A stretch of DNA of 64,000 nucleotides from Blastocatellia bacterium (GTDB taxonomy: Bacteria > Acidobacteriota > Blastocatellia > RBC074): contig JAXLQQ010000008.1 of NCBI GenBank assembly GCA_046331525.1, positions 29,304 through 93,303 of the forward strand, read 5' to 3'. The notes below the pieces were generated by a model that was given only the letters and a program-made list of their open reading frames with translations, was not told the DNA's origin and did not search any database. Position 1 is the stretch's first letter, and each line of letters begins with the position of its first letter. The translations under genes were made by a program, and so were the position numbers. Below are positions 20,911 through 31,415 of this stretch, one piece after another.

Positions 20911-22324
20911 CTTTTGCCGTCAATACCTGACGATAATCAAAGCCGGGGTCAACCTGTTGCAAACGCCAGAAGCTTTTCAGCAACAACCCCGCGCCGACCA
21001 ATAAAATCAGGGCGAGGGCGATTTCTCCTACCACTAAGGCCGAGCGCAGCCGCCCCCGCGAAGTAGTCGCTGTGCGTCCGCCGTCCTTCATCGCCGCCGA
21101 TAAATCATGCCGCGCGGCACTGAGGGCCGGAGCCAGTCCGCACAACAACCCTGTCACCAGCGCGGCTCCCAAGGTGAATAACAGCACGCGCCAATCCGGC
21201 AACAGCCCCGTGATACGCGGGACGTCCGACGGCAAGGCAGCCACCAACACATCTACACCCCACAATGACAACAGCAAGCCCAATATCGCGCCGAGCATTG
21301 CCAGCAGCAAACTTTCCGTCATCCCTTGCCGCAGCAGTTGCCAACGGCTCGCACCCAGCACAGCACGTATCGCCATTTCTCGCCCGCGCGTTGTTGCCCG
21401 TGCCAGCAAGAGGTTCGCGACATTCGCACAAGCGATCAACAACACAGCTCCGACAATGCCGAGCAAGAGCAGCAGCAACGGCTGGGCCGGCCCGACCAGC
21501 ACCGCGCGCAGCGGCACAACGGATGCCACGAAATTCGCATTGCTTGCAGGATACTGCGCGGCTAAGCCTTGTGCCAGATTGGTCATTTCGGCTTGTGCCT
21601 GTGCAACCGTTACGCCGGGTTTCATCCGCGCCAAGACGGCCAGATAGGCACGATAACCGCGCGAGCCATTCATCGTCCCCTGCTTCTTTGCATCGCCACC
21701 AACCGCCACCGTAATCCAAAAATCTATGGGTTCCTTTTGCAATGGAAAGATGCCAGCGGGTAGCACGCCGATGACGTTAAAGGATTCATTATCGAGCGTA
21801 ATTTTTTGCCCGATGATTTTCTGATCTGCGCCAAATCGCTGCTGCCAAGCGCCGTGACTGAGCATCACACTATTCAATCCCGCGCTGCCGCCCGGCACCT
21901 CGTCCGCCGCCGCAAATGCCCGCCCCAATATTGGCTGAAGCCCCAGCACAGAGAAAATATCCGCCGACACCACCGCCAGCGGAACGCGCGCCGGTTCGCC
22001 GATGCCGGTCAGGGTCGCTTCGCTGGATTGCACAATTGCCATTCTCTGAAATGACTGGCTCTGCGCCTGCCAGTCGCGAAAGTTGAGATACGATGCGCCA
22101 TTGCCCAAACGGTCTTCTTCGCCCACACGCTTCTCGCGCAGCAGCACGAGCTGTGCTTCGTGCGGATAGGGCAAAGCGCGTAACAGCGCGGCATTGATGA
22201 CACTAAAAATTGCGGTATTTGCGCCAATGCCCAGGCCGAGCGTTACGACAGCAATGAGGGTGAAGCCGGGGCGCTGAAAAAGTGTCCGAAAGCCAAAGCG
22301 AAGGTCTTGCCAAAAGGATGTCAT
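20894..22324 (-). CDS. N-terminal part of an ADOP-family (duplicated FtsX / MacB-like) ABC permease; the ORF stops prematurely at 20894
   Basis: The family-typical start is [41 protein letters not shown]. It is followed by a MacB periplasmic domain and the first FtsX 4-TM block. The ORF track extends upstream to 22552. Confidence 0.7.
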   Translation of the reverse strand: MTSFWQDLRFGFRTLFQRPGFTLIAVVTLGLGIGANTAIFSVINAALLRALPYPHEAQLVLLREKRVGEEDRLGNGASYLNFRDWQAQSQSFQRMAIVQSSEATLTGIGEPARVPLAVVSADIFSVLGLQPILGRAFAAADEVPGGSAGLNSVMLSHGAWQQRFGADQKIIGQKITLDNESFNVIGVLPAGIFPLQKEPIDFWITVAVGGDAKKQGTMNGSRGYRAYLAVLARMKPGVTVAQAQAEMTNLAQGLAAQYPASNANFVASVVPLRAVLVGPAQPLLLLLLGIVGAVLLIACANVANLLLARATTRGREMAIRAVLGASRWQLLRQGMTESLLLAMLGAILGLLLSLWGVDVLVAALPSDVPRITGLLPDWRVLLFTLGAALVTGLLCGLAPALSAARHDLSAAMKDGGRTATTSRGRLRSALVVGEIALALILLVGAGLLLKSFWRLQQVDPGFDYRQVLTAKVVLPF

Positions 22325-22591
22325 GCGGTGTTTGCTCCTGAAGATTGATGCCACGCCGCATTCTTCCCGATGCGGCACCTGCTCCCTTAATTCAAGCGCT
22401 GTGCCAGAGACAAGCACGGGGAAAAAGCTGGCATCTGTGACACGCACGTGACAATCGTTACGTGGCTGACAAGATCTGTCAGGCGGCGCTTGTTCGTTTT
22501 TGGGAAGCGCGTTTTTCGATTCTGGAATCACAGCCGTTGCACCTATCGCCAACCCGCACGTTTTGCGTTACCCTGCCCGCGCTGGAGGAGA

Positions 22592-23278
22592 ATGCTTATG
22601 ATTACGTACCCGATGGTTTTCCTGTTCGATGTGGATAATACGCTGCTCGATAATGATCGCGTTACGGCTGACCTCAGGCGGTATTTGACCACAGAAGTCG
22701 GCCCCGAACGCAGCAACCGCTACTGGGCGATTTTTGAAGAGTTGCGTCGTGAACTCGGCTATGCCGATTATTTGGGGGCGCTGCAACGCTATCGCCTCGA
22801 ACATCCTTACGACACGCATCTGCTGGCCGTCTCCACGTATCTGATCAACTATCCATTTGCTAACCGGCTGTATCCAAATTCGCTGGACGTGTTGGCCTAC
22901 TGTCAGCAACGCGGCCCGGTGGTGATTCTCTCAGATGGCGATGTCGTCTTTCAGCCGCGCAAAGTTGAGCGGTCGGGCTTATTTGAAGCGGTCGAACGCA
23001 ATGTGCTGATTTACGTTCACAAGGAATTGGAACTGCACGATGTCGAGCGGCGCTATCCGGCAGCGCATTACGTGATGGTGGATGACAAGCTGCGGATTCT
23101 GACGGCAATGAAACAAAGCTGGGGCGAGCGGCTGACAACAGTCTTTCCGCGACAAGGACATTACGCGCTGGATGCGGCGGAGGTAGCGAAGTATCCAGCC
23201 GCTGACATTGAAGTGACACGGATTGGCGACCTGCTGGGGAATTCGCAATTTGCGGCGAGGATAGCCCAAATAAAGTAG
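22592..23278 (+). CDS. HAD-superfamily hydrolase
   Basis: GGAGGAG RBS then ATG. MITYPMVFLFDVDNTLLDND is HAD motif I, and VMVDDK is motif IV-like. Confidence 0.75.
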   Translation: MLMITYPMVFLFDVDNTLLDNDRVTADLRRYLTTEVGPERSNRYWAIFEELRRELGYADYLGALQRYRLEHPYDTHLLAVSTYLINYPFANRLYPNSLDVLAYCQQRGPVVILSDGDVVFQPRKVERSGLFEAVERNVLIYVHKELELHDVERRYPAAHYVMVDDKLRILTAMKQSWGERLTTVFPRQGHYALDAAEVAKYPAADIEVTRIGDLLGNSQFAARIAQIK

Positions 23279-23380
23279 CGCAAACATCCTGTTTGCGGCG
23301 CTCAAGGTAGCGCAAACATCTTGTTTGCGGCGCTTAAATTAGTGAAGAAGCGACGAGCAACAAACAAGATGTTTGTTGTA
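23276..23380. repeat. Three copies (two tandem direct, one variant) of the palindromic GCAAACA-N3-TGTTTGC element in a convergent intergenic region
   Basis: gtagcgcaaacatcctgtttgcggcgctcaag; gtagcgcaaacatcttgtttgcggcgcttaaa; caacaaacaagatgtttgttg. Confidence 0.7.
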
Positions 23381-23385
23381 CATTT

Positions 23386-23943
23386 TTACAGCTTTTTCGC
23401 GCGGTCGCCGACACGAATCACGCCGGATTGCAGGACGCGCGCGTTGATGCCGCGCAGGCAAAGTTCTCGGCCAACCGGCGAATTGACAAACTTCATCGCT
23501 TCGACGCCAAATCGTTCGACGAATTTTTTGCAGCCCGTGTGCGGTTGCGCCGTGACCTCAATTACTGCGGTTCCCAACGCCAGCCGCGTGCCCGCAGGCA
23601 GATTTTCTTTGCTCAAGTCGAGATCGAGAAACAACTGATCGCCCGCCAATGGCTGGCGCGTTTCATCGGGCGAGATCAATGCGATGGCGCGCGTGTTGAT
23701 GATGTTCAGTTGCATGTCAGGATGCGGCGAACCGTCCTCGGTACGCGAACTGCGCCGCTCTTTCCACGTGTCGCCCACCAAGCCAACTACAGTGTCGAGT
23801 TCCGCTTGCGTCAATAGTTCGCGCGCATCAACAGCAGGACGACGCACGATCAATTGCAATTCGCCTTCATCTTTGGGAGATTGACGAATGGCAGGTAAAC
23901 CGACTTCCAATTCTTCTTTTGTCAAAAACCTCACTTCCATCAT
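23386..23943 (-). CDS. MOSC-domain protein (YiiM-like)
   Basis: PDMQLNIINTRAIALIS ... GTAVIEVTAQPHTGCKKFVERFG with the conserved Cys of MOSC beta-barrel proteins. The start is taken at MMEVRF. Confidence 0.7.
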   Translation of the reverse strand: MMEVRFLTKEELEVGLPAIRQSPKDEGELQLIVRRPAVDARELLTQAELDTVVGLVGDTWKERRSSRTEDGSPHPDMQLNIINTRAIALISPDETRQPLAGDQLFLDLDLSKENLPAGTRLALGTAVIEVTAQPHTGCKKFVERFGVEAMKFVNSPVGRELCLRGINARVLQSGVIRVGDRAKKL

Positions 23944-25358
23944 GCAGTCTCTCCATTTAATTCGTGCAAGCACGCAAGCATTGCGGCTGCCGAGCGATCA
24001 ATATCGGTTTCTGTAGTTGACCAGTTCGAGACGGAACAGCGCATCAGGTGTTGTCCTTGCCACGTCGTGCCGCCCGCCCAACAGGTTCCCTCTTCCTGAA
24101 TGCGCCGCATCACCGCCGCCGTGAATGCATCGGCATCACTGCCATCGCGCGGCGTGAAGCGCACCAACACTTGATTGATAACGACATCGTTGAGAATCGT
24201 AACCTGCGGGTCTTGCGCCAGCTTTGCGGCCAACCGGCGCGCCAATCGGCAACAACGTTCTACCACCTCGACAACACCGTTTCGTCCGAGCGAACGCAAC
24301 GCCGCATAAATCGCAAAGCCACGCGCCCGCCGCGACGCTTCCGGCACCCAGTTATGATTTTCACGTACGTCCGCACCGCCTGCGACGTAATACGCCGCGC
24401 TCAACGTCATCGCCGCATAATGCGCCGCCCGATCCCGCACAAACACCAGCCCCGAATCGTACGGCACGTTCAGCCATTTATGACAATCCACCGAAAATGA
24501 ATCCGCCTCTTCAACGCCCGCGATCAAATGCCGGTAGTTCGGGACGCCCGCGATCCAACCGCCGAACGCGCCATCCACGTGCAGCCACCGCCGCGCCTGT
24601 CCGTCACCCGCTCGCACGAGCGGCACGATTTCCGTCAAAGGATCAAACGCGCCTGTATTGACATTGCCCGCCTGCGCGCAAACGAGGACGGGCGTATGAA
24701 TATTGGCGAGCGCAGCCTTGAGCGCATCCGGTCGCATCCGCCCCTGCGCATCGGTCGCTACGCGCACCACGCGCTCGCGTCCGAGGCCGAGCATTTGCAG
24801 CGAGGCAAAAATCGTAACGTGCGATTCGTCGCTCGTCACCACCGTAATCGGCGGCGCGTCGAACAATCCTTGCGTTTCGACATCCCAGCCAACGCTTTTC
24901 AGCAAAGCGTGTCGCGCCGAAGCCAGTCCCGTAAAATTCGCCATCGTCCCGCCCGTCACCAATCCCAAACTCATTTCCGGCGCGAGGCCAAACAGATCCA
25001 GCAACCAACCGCGAATCACCTCTTCCACCGCTGCTGCCGCTGGTGAAAGTACATACGCTCCGGCGTTTTGATCCCAGGTCGAAGTCAACCAATCCGCCGC
25101 CAGACTTGCTGGCACAGCACCGCCCACCACAAAGCCGAAGTAACGCGGCCCTGGCGTGGCGACCAGGCCCGGAGCCGCCGTTTTAGCAAAGGTTTCGATC
25201 ACGGCCAAAGCGTCTTCGCCCTCATCTGCCAATGCCCCGCCAAGGCGCGCCACGAGGTCAGCAAAATCTGTGGCCTGCGCAACCGGCTGTTCTGGCAACC
25301 GCGCCAGATATTCCGCCGCCAGTTCCGCCGTTCTTGTCAGTAAAGGATTCTTGTCCAT
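23940..25358 (-). CDS. PLP-dependent group II amino-acid decarboxylase (DABA / aromatic-amino-acid decarboxylase family)
   Basis: A GGTMANFTGLASAR and SVDCHKWLNVPYDSG lysine motif, with a length of ~470 aa. Confidence 0.8.
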   Translation of the reverse strand: MDKNPLLTRTAELAAEYLARLPEQPVAQATDFADLVARLGGALADEGEDALAVIETFAKTAAPGLVATPGPRYFGFVVGGAVPASLAADWLTSTWDQNAGAYVLSPAAAAVEEVIRGWLLDLFGLAPEMSLGLVTGGTMANFTGLASARHALLKSVGWDVETQGLFDAPPITVVTSDESHVTIFASLQMLGLGRERVVRVATDAQGRMRPDALKAALANIHTPVLVCAQAGNVNTGAFDPLTEIVPLVRAGDGQARRWLHVDGAFGGWIAGVPNYRHLIAGVEEADSFSVDCHKWLNVPYDSGLVFVRDRAAHYAAMTLSAAYYVAGGADVRENHNWVPEASRRARGFAIYAALRSLGRNGVVEVVERCCRLARRLAAKLAQDPQVTILNDVVINQVLVRFTPRDGSDADAFTAAVMRRIQEEGTCWAGGTTWQGQHLMRCSVSNWSTTETDIDRSAAAMLACLHELNGETA

Positions 25359-25585
25359 CGTGTCGCCTACGGTACCGTTGAAATAGCATTCTCACAAGAG
25401 CCAATTCCCTGGCGGCAACAGCAGACCAATGAGGCAGATCATTCGTGACGTAATGCGGCCAGCAGATCAGTTCTCAATAAGTTGATTTTGGTTATGTTGT
25501 ACGCACAACAGACCGCCGCCTGTTGTTTTCGCTATAATTTTTGTGGAAGTTGCAATTGGCTAAACTTGTTTCAGGAAATTTTAAG

Positions 25586-26296
25586 TCAGCCCTGTAGAAC
25601 GCGAACGAATTCCCGTTTGACAACGGCGTAACATTCGCAGGCCAGTTTTTCCAGGCCGGGCCGGTCGAGGAGAGTAATCATGCCGCGTTTGTAACGGATG
25701 AGTCCGGCTTCCTGCAACCCCCCTGCCGTCGTGGTAACTGTAGAGCGATTGGAGCCGAGCATGGAGGAAATCAGTTCCTGTGTGAGTTCCAACGTCGGGG
25801 TACGTTGCCGATCCTGACTGGAAAGCAGCCAACGGCAAAACCGCTCTTCCAACGTGTGGAAGCGATTGCACATCGCGGATTGTGCCACCTGCGTGCAGAG
25901 CGCGTGCGTATAACTGAGCAGTATCTTTTGCAATGAACCACATCGCTCGAATTCTGCAATCAACAAATCGGCGCGCACCTGCCACGCGTGCCCGGCAATT
26001 TGTGCCTGTGTTTGAAATGGTGATTGTCGCGCTTGCCATAAAGCAGGCAATCCGACGCAACCTTCATAGCCTGTCATGCCCACCTCAATGGTCTGTCCGT
26101 TGTGCGACGAGGCAAAGAGCGAAACAAGTGCAGTAGTCGGGAAGTAAACGTAGTTTATGAGGCCCCCTACGGGGTAAATCATTTCGCCCTTCATCAGGGT
26201 AATTTCTTTGAGTCCCGGAACGATGCGCGCGAAGTCCTCCGCTGGTAATTGCGCCAGAATATTATTCCTGATTTTTTCATCGTTACCGCTGTTCAT
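25586..26296 (-). CDS. Crp/Fnr family transcriptional regulator
   Basis: An N-terminal cNMP-binding beta-roll and a C-terminal HTH (RSTVTTTAGGLQEAGLI). Confidence 0.85.
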   Translation of the reverse strand: MNSGNDEKIRNNILAQLPAEDFARIVPGLKEITLMKGEMIYPVGGLINYVYFPTTALVSLFASSHNGQTIEVGMTGYEGCVGLPALWQARQSPFQTQAQIAGHAWQVRADLLIAEFERCGSLQKILLSYTHALCTQVAQSAMCNRFHTLEERFCRWLLSSQDRQRTPTLELTQELISSMLGSNRSTVTTTAGGLQEAGLIRYKRGMITLLDRPGLEKLACECYAVVKREFVRVLQG

Positions 26297-26379
26297 TCAC
26301 TTATTTCCTCCAGCCTGTGAACTGTCAGCGTACAGGCGTGGTAGGGATGGCAATTCCTGTGCCTGGCTAGGCCAGGCTT

Positions 26380-28632
26380 TTGCGTAAAGTTAGGAAATCG
26401 CCTGTGTCCCCAGAAAACTCCCCGCAATTCGCCCTCGCAAGGTTCCGCCGTTCGGTGTTATTTACCAACCTTTTATCGTCTACCCTTACGCTGTTGGCAG
26501 GCGTCGGACTAGGCATAGTCCATCAGCGATTCTGGTTGACGGTGGTGCTGGCAATGTTAGCAATCAGTGGAAGTGTTGCCCTCTTAACGCAGCAGTGGCG
26601 TAGCTTTACACACGCGGCCCGATCTGAGGCGGAGGCGTGGCGAAAACAGGAAACGAGCGGGCAGCAATTGGCCGAATTAGAATTGATCTATCAGACTGCA
26701 CCTGTCGGACTGGCACAACTGGATCGAGAGTTGCGCGTCGTTCGCATCAATAAACAGATGGCGGCAATCAACGGCGTTCCGCTCGAAAAACAACGGGGAC
26801 GATTGTTGTCGGACGTGCTGCCAGCAGCCCTGATGGAAAAACTGGCCCCGCGCTATCACCAGATTTTCCAGACAGGCGAGCCGCTGCTGAATCTGGAGGT
26901 AACGGGGCAAACTGCCGCTCAGCCGGGTGTTGTGCGCGACTGGCTGGTGAGTCATTTTCCGCTGCACGATGCGGCGGGGAACGTCATCGGCATTAACTCC
27001 GTCGTGCAGGAAATCACCGAGCGCAAACGCGCTGAAGCCGCCTTGCGCGAGAGCGAAGAAAGCTTTCGCACGCTGGCCAACAACATCTCACAATTTGCCT
27101 GGATGGCAGACGCAACGGGTTCAATTTTCTGGTACAACCAACGCTGGTTTGACTATACCGGCACAACGCCCGCAGAGATGCAGGGCTGGGGCTGGCAGCA
27201 GGTACATCATCCTGACCACATCGCGCGTGTCGTTACGCGCCTGCGCCGCAGCATTACGACGGGCGAGCCGTGGGAGGACACGTTTCCGCTGCGAGGTGCC
27301 GATGGGCAATATCGCTGGTTCCTGTCGCGTGCGCTGCCCATTCACGACGAAGCGGGTCGAGTCGTACGGTGGTTCGGCACCAATACGGACATCACGGAAC
27401 ACCTCGCCGCCGAACGCGAACGCGAAGCCTTGCTGAAACGTGAACGCGAGGCCCGCGAAACCGCCGAAGCGGCGACCCGCGCGAAAGATGATTTCCTCGC
27501 GCTCGTGACCCACGAGTTGCGCAATCCGCTCCAGTCCATTCTCGGTTACACACGGCTGACACAACAGCAACCGCACGACCCTGACGCCGTGTTGCACAAC
27601 TGCGAAATCATTGCGCGTAGCGCCCGCGCGCAGCAACAATTGATCGAAGACCTGCTGGACACAGCACGCATCGTAACCGGCAAATTGAAACTTGAAACCA
27701 CGCTGACCGATCTTCGCCTTGTCCTGGCCGATGCCGTCAACATTGTGCGCCCGGCGGCAGAGGCAAAACAAATCTCGTTAGCCGCCGAGCTGGGCTACGA
27801 ACCACAGGAAGTGCTGGGCGATGCGGCGCGGCTGCAACAAGTGACATGGAACCTGCTGCAAAACGCCATCAAATTCACGCCCGCTGGTGGCCACATCCGG
27901 TTGCAGTTGGAAAACCAGGGCGAGCAGATCCGCTTTACCGTCAGTGACACGGGCAGCGGGATTGAGCCGGAATTTTTGCCGCATATTTTTGATCGCTTTC
28001 GCCAAAGCCACCGCACACAACAGCAAGGCGGCCTGGGTGTGGGGTTAGCCCTGGCGCGCCAACTCGTCGAACTGCACGGAGGCACCATTACTGCCGCGAG
28101 CCAGGGAGCTAACACCGGGGCAACGTTCACTGTCACATTGCCACTCGCCCCTCCGCAATTGCCCCCGCTCCGGTTCCCCGTCCGCGCTGTCAGCGAAACC
28201 ACCCCAACTGAAGTAAGCTTTACGCCGCCTTCGCTGGCTGATGTGCGCGTGCTGGTCATAGATGACGAACCGGCAGCGCGAGAATTGGTTGCAATGTCCC
28301 TACGCCACGGCGGCGCAAAAGTGCAAACCGCCGCCTCTGGTGCAGCCGCGATGCAATGGCTTACCGAGCAGCCTGCCGAGGCGCGCCCCCAAATCCTGGT
28401 CTGCGACATCAGTATGCCGGACGAGGATGGCTATGCCGTGCTGCAACGCCTGCGCGTGTGGGAGGCCAGCCAGGAACTGCCTCCATTGCCCGCCATTGCC
28501 CTCACCGCACATGGGCGCGCCGAAGATCGCTTGCAGGCACTACGCGCCGGTTTTCAAATGCACCTCGTCAAGCCCGTAGAACCACTCGAACTCGCCTTAA
28601 CCATTGCCAGCCTGCTTGACCGCCGTTTGTAA
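26380..28632 (+). CDS. Hybrid sensor histidine kinase (TM, two PAS domains, HisKA, HATPase_c, C-terminal receiver)
   Basis: H-box LVTHELRNPLQSI. G-boxes SDTGSGIEPEF / GGLGVGLALARQLVELHGG. Receiver VLVIDDEPAARE...CDISMPDEDGY. Confidence 0.9.
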   Translation: MRKVRKSPVSPENSPQFALARFRRSVLFTNLLSSTLTLLAGVGLGIVHQRFWLTVVLAMLAISGSVALLTQQWRSFTHAARSEAEAWRKQETSGQQLAELELIYQTAPVGLAQLDRELRVVRINKQMAAINGVPLEKQRGRLLSDVLPAALMEKLAPRYHQIFQTGEPLLNLEVTGQTAAQPGVVRDWLVSHFPLHDAAGNVIGINSVVQEITERKRAEAALRESEESFRTLANNISQFAWMADATGSIFWYNQRWFDYTGTTPAEMQGWGWQQVHHPDHIARVVTRLRRSITTGEPWEDTFPLRGADGQYRWFLSRALPIHDEAGRVVRWFGTNTDITEHLAAEREREALLKREREARETAEAATRAKDDFLALVTHELRNPLQSILGYTRLTQQQPHDPDAVLHNCEIIARSARAQQQLIEDLLDTARIVTGKLKLETTLTDLRLVLADAVNIVRPAAEAKQISLAAELGYEPQEVLGDAARLQQVTWNLLQNAIKFTPAGGHIRLQLENQGEQIRFTVSDTGSGIEPEFLPHIFDRFRQSHRTQQQGGLGVGLALARQLVELHGGTITAASQGANTGATFTVTLPLAPPQLPPLRFPVRAVSETTPTEVSFTPPSLADVRVLVIDDEPAARELVAMSLRHGGAKVQTAASGAAAMQWLTEQPAEARPQILVCDISMPDEDGYAVLQRLRVWEASQELPPLPAIALTAHGRAEDRLQALRAGFQMHLVKPVEPLELALTIASLLDRRL

Positions 28633-28749
28633 GCCTGCGGAGTTCGGGTACGCCATTTGCCAATCATCCGGGAAGAATAGAAAAACCGTATTCAGGCAAT
28701 GCACGCGGCTTGCCTGCGGCTTGTCAATCAGCAGTGAAAGAGGAGATTT

Positions 28750-29574
28750 ATGCCGAACAAAAACAATGCACGATGTCTGGTCGTTGTTCTTTTTCTCAGC
28801 TTCTGTTCCCTGGCCTTCGCACAGGAGCAACGGCCATACCGGATGAGTGAGGACGAAGTAAAACAGTTGCTACAACGGATCGAAAAAGGAGCCGATCAAT
28901 TTCGCGGCAGCCTCGATAAAGCGCTCGATAAAAGCCCTGTTGATGGCACCAAAACCGAAGACAACATCAATAAATTTATCAAGCGGTTCGAGCAGGCCAG
29001 CGATCACCTGAAACATCGTTTCAGTGACAAGCAGTCCGCCGCCTCAGATGTGCAGGAACTGCTGGAACGCGCCGTGTTCATTGATCGCTTTATGACGCAT
29101 CACACGCTGACAGCACGGGCGCAGGAAGACTGGACGCACCTACGCCGATTGCTGGATGAATTGGCGACAGCCTATAACGTCACCTGGGATTGGAGCGGCG
29201 TTTCTAATCAGGCGGCGCGCAGCACGGACAAAGACGTCAAAGCGTTGCTGCGCCGGTTGGAAGACGATGCCAATCGCTTCCGCAAAGGTCTGGATGCCGC
29301 GCTTGACCGCAGCCTGTTGGACGGCTCGAAGGCAGAGGACAACATCAATAACTATATGAAAGAGTTTGCCCAGGCGACAGATCGGTTGAAAGATCGTTAC
29401 AGCGATCATAAAACAGCAGTGGGCACCGTGCAGGAAGTGCTGCAACGCGCGGCCCGCATTGATGGATTCGTCGCGCGCCACGTCACAACCACGCGCGTGC
29501 AGGAGGATTGGCAGGCCGTGCGTAACGATTTAAATCAGCTTGCCAGCGCCTACAGCGTCACCTGGCAGTGGTAA
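28750..29574 (+). CDS. Secreted protein of two tandem ~125-aa repeats (unknown family)
   Basis: Signal peptide MPNKNNARCLVVVLFLSFCSLAFA. The two repeat units align: (K/D)QLLQRIEKGADQFRGSLDKALDKS..DG.K.EDNIN.F.K.F.QA.D.LK.R(F/Y)SD ... Y(N/S)VTW(D/Q)W. Confidence 0.6.
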   Translation: MPNKNNARCLVVVLFLSFCSLAFAQEQRPYRMSEDEVKQLLQRIEKGADQFRGSLDKALDKSPVDGTKTEDNINKFIKRFEQASDHLKHRFSDKQSAASDVQELLERAVFIDRFMTHHTLTARAQEDWTHLRRLLDELATAYNVTWDWSGVSNQAARSTDKDVKALLRRLEDDANRFRKGLDAALDRSLLDGSKAEDNINNYMKEFAQATDRLKDRYSDHKTAVGTVQEVLQRAARIDGFVARHVTTTRVQEDWQAVRNDLNQLASAYSVTWQW

Positions 29575-29660
29575 GTTGAAGAATTCTCGCCAGCGGCGCA
29601 AAAGCAATTTCGCGAAAGCCTTTGCTAATTTTTTGCGCCGCTGGCAGGACTTCCGCTTTG

Positions 29661-31340
29661 TCAAAAGGCTCGTTCACAATTCAGTTTTTGTGCAGTGTTG
29701 CGCGTGGCAAAAGGCTTGAACTGTGGAACAGAGACTTTTTCGCCGCGTGAGGGCGTAAAGCGAATTGTCTTTTCTCTGCCGCCGTCTTTGACCGTGAGTT
29801 CAATTTCCTGACTTGCATCACCGAGCTGAAAGCCCGGTCGTTTGGTAACGCGCTGCCCGTCGCGCAAGCCCGCGCGATATGCCGCGCTGCCCGGTACGAC
29901 ATGTTGAATTTCCATCCTTGTTTCTAATGCCTCTTCGTCAAAACCCAGCTCGTATTCGCCCACGCTGATGATTGTCCGCTCGGCGCAGGTGCCAAAAAGA
30001 TTGGCGCGCGGCGCAACCAGTGCGGTGCCATTGTGAAGGCGTTGCAGTTCGGGCAACACCTCCACTTTTGCGTACCGGCTGACCAGCGCGCTGATCGTTT
30101 CGCTATTCAGTTCCTGCTGGCTGCCGACAAGTTCGCGTAGCACATCATCCAACGATTGTTTGCCCTCCGAGGCTGCGCGGATCAGCACATCCCAGTTCCC
30201 TGCCAATAGCCGCCCGCGCCAGTACGCGAGCCGCGAGAGTTCCGCGTTACCGAAAAAATCGCGCGCCAATCGTTCATTCGTTTCGTAGCGCAGCGGTGAC
30301 GTGTAGTAGTTACGCAGCACCTCGTTATATTTCGCCAGATACTCGTCCAATGTAATCAGTCCGCCGCGCCACAACAACCGATTAGCGTAATAATCCGTTA
30401 CGCCTTCGCTGAACCAGTACAACGATTCCGGCGGGTTCGGAATGCGACCGAGACGGCGCGGGTTCCAGTTGTGAAAGAGTTCGTGCGCCAGTAAATACTG
30501 CAAATCGCGCAACTGTGAATTCGGGGTCGCAAACATCGCAAACGAGTTGTCCAGCCCCGTTCCCGAATTCGCCGCGCCATTCGCCGGAGCTACCAATGGC
30601 AACAGCGTAATCAGATAATTCGGATAGTCGTAATCGTTCCAAAACCCGCGCATCACCGTAAAGATTTTGCCCACCAGCGCCGCCAGTTCGTCATCCGAAA
30701 ATTGCCACGCCCCGCGCAGTGCCATTTGCACCGTATGCTTTTGCACGGGCACCGACCGCAGCCGGAAATCGCCGCCGACAAATACCGCATTCGCAAACGC
30801 GCGCAGCGTCGTCGTGAATTGCTGCGTGCGCTGATTGCTGCCAAATGGATTGCTAATCGTCCACGCCGCCGGCACGTCTTTCCATTCGATGGTGAAAGCC
30901 ATCGGCTCACTTTCTTCTAATCCAGGCCGCACCCACGCCGAGCCGAGCCAGTGAAAATAGGTCGGCTGCAAAATCGGACGAAAGCCCGCGCCGCGCAACG
31001 CCTGCAACGCATCGGCGCGATCCTGCACCAGTTCGTATCGCACGCGAATCGCTTGCCCCGGCTCGTGCGTCAACACTTTGACCCAGGGTTCGGACGTGTC
31101 AGCGACAGCGATGGAAGCGGGAGCAATCGTGAGTTTTTGAATCGCTTCGTAAAGCTGCGCCTGCCCACCCGAACGCGACGGCAACAACAATTCTGTGCGC
31201 CCGGATTCGTGCCCGTTGAATTGCAATTCAACGGCAAAGAGCAAGCTGGTTTCATCGCGGATGGGCGTCAAGGCGTAGGCAATTTGGCGGAGCGGATTTG
31301 AGGGCGCAGGCTGACCGTGTACCAACACGCAGCACAGCAA
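29661..31340 (-). CDS. M61-family metallopeptidase (glycyl-aminopeptidase-like) with C-terminal PDZ domain
   Basis: HELFHNWNP is an HExxH motif with the surrounding M61 pattern. The C-terminal VVPGSAAYRAGLRDGQRV is PDZ-like. Confidence 0.75.
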   Translation of the reverse strand: MLCCVLVHGQPAPSNPLRQIAYALTPIRDETSLLFAVELQFNGHESGRTELLLPSRSGGQAQLYEAIQKLTIAPASIAVADTSEPWVKVLTHEPGQAIRVRYELVQDRADALQALRGAGFRPILQPTYFHWLGSAWVRPGLEESEPMAFTIEWKDVPAAWTISNPFGSNQRTQQFTTTLRAFANAVFVGGDFRLRSVPVQKHTVQMALRGAWQFSDDELAALVGKIFTVMRGFWNDYDYPNYLITLLPLVAPANGAANSGTGLDNSFAMFATPNSQLRDLQYLLAHELFHNWNPRRLGRIPNPPESLYWFSEGVTDYYANRLLWRGGLITLDEYLAKYNEVLRNYYTSPLRYETNERLARDFFGNAELSRLAYWRGRLLAGNWDVLIRAASEGKQSLDDVLRELVGSQQELNSETISALVSRYAKVEVLPELQRLHNGTALVAPRANLFGTCAERTIISVGEYELGFDEEALETRMEIQHVVPGSAAYRAGLRDGQRVTKRPGFQLGDASQEIELTVKDGGREKTIRFTPSRGEKVSVPQFKPFATRNTAQKLNCERAF

Positions 31341-31415
31341 CTGGAAAGCCGCGCACCAGCAAACAGCGCGGCAACCAAAGGCGAAGAGGAAAAAAGTAAA
31401 TCGGCATGCCAGCGT

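Noticed and set aside
27121-28409. Minus-strand ORFs within the hybrid kinase gene (27121..27771, 27795..28409)
   Set aside because: They are shadow ORFs of a gene with complete HisKA, HATPase and receiver signatures.
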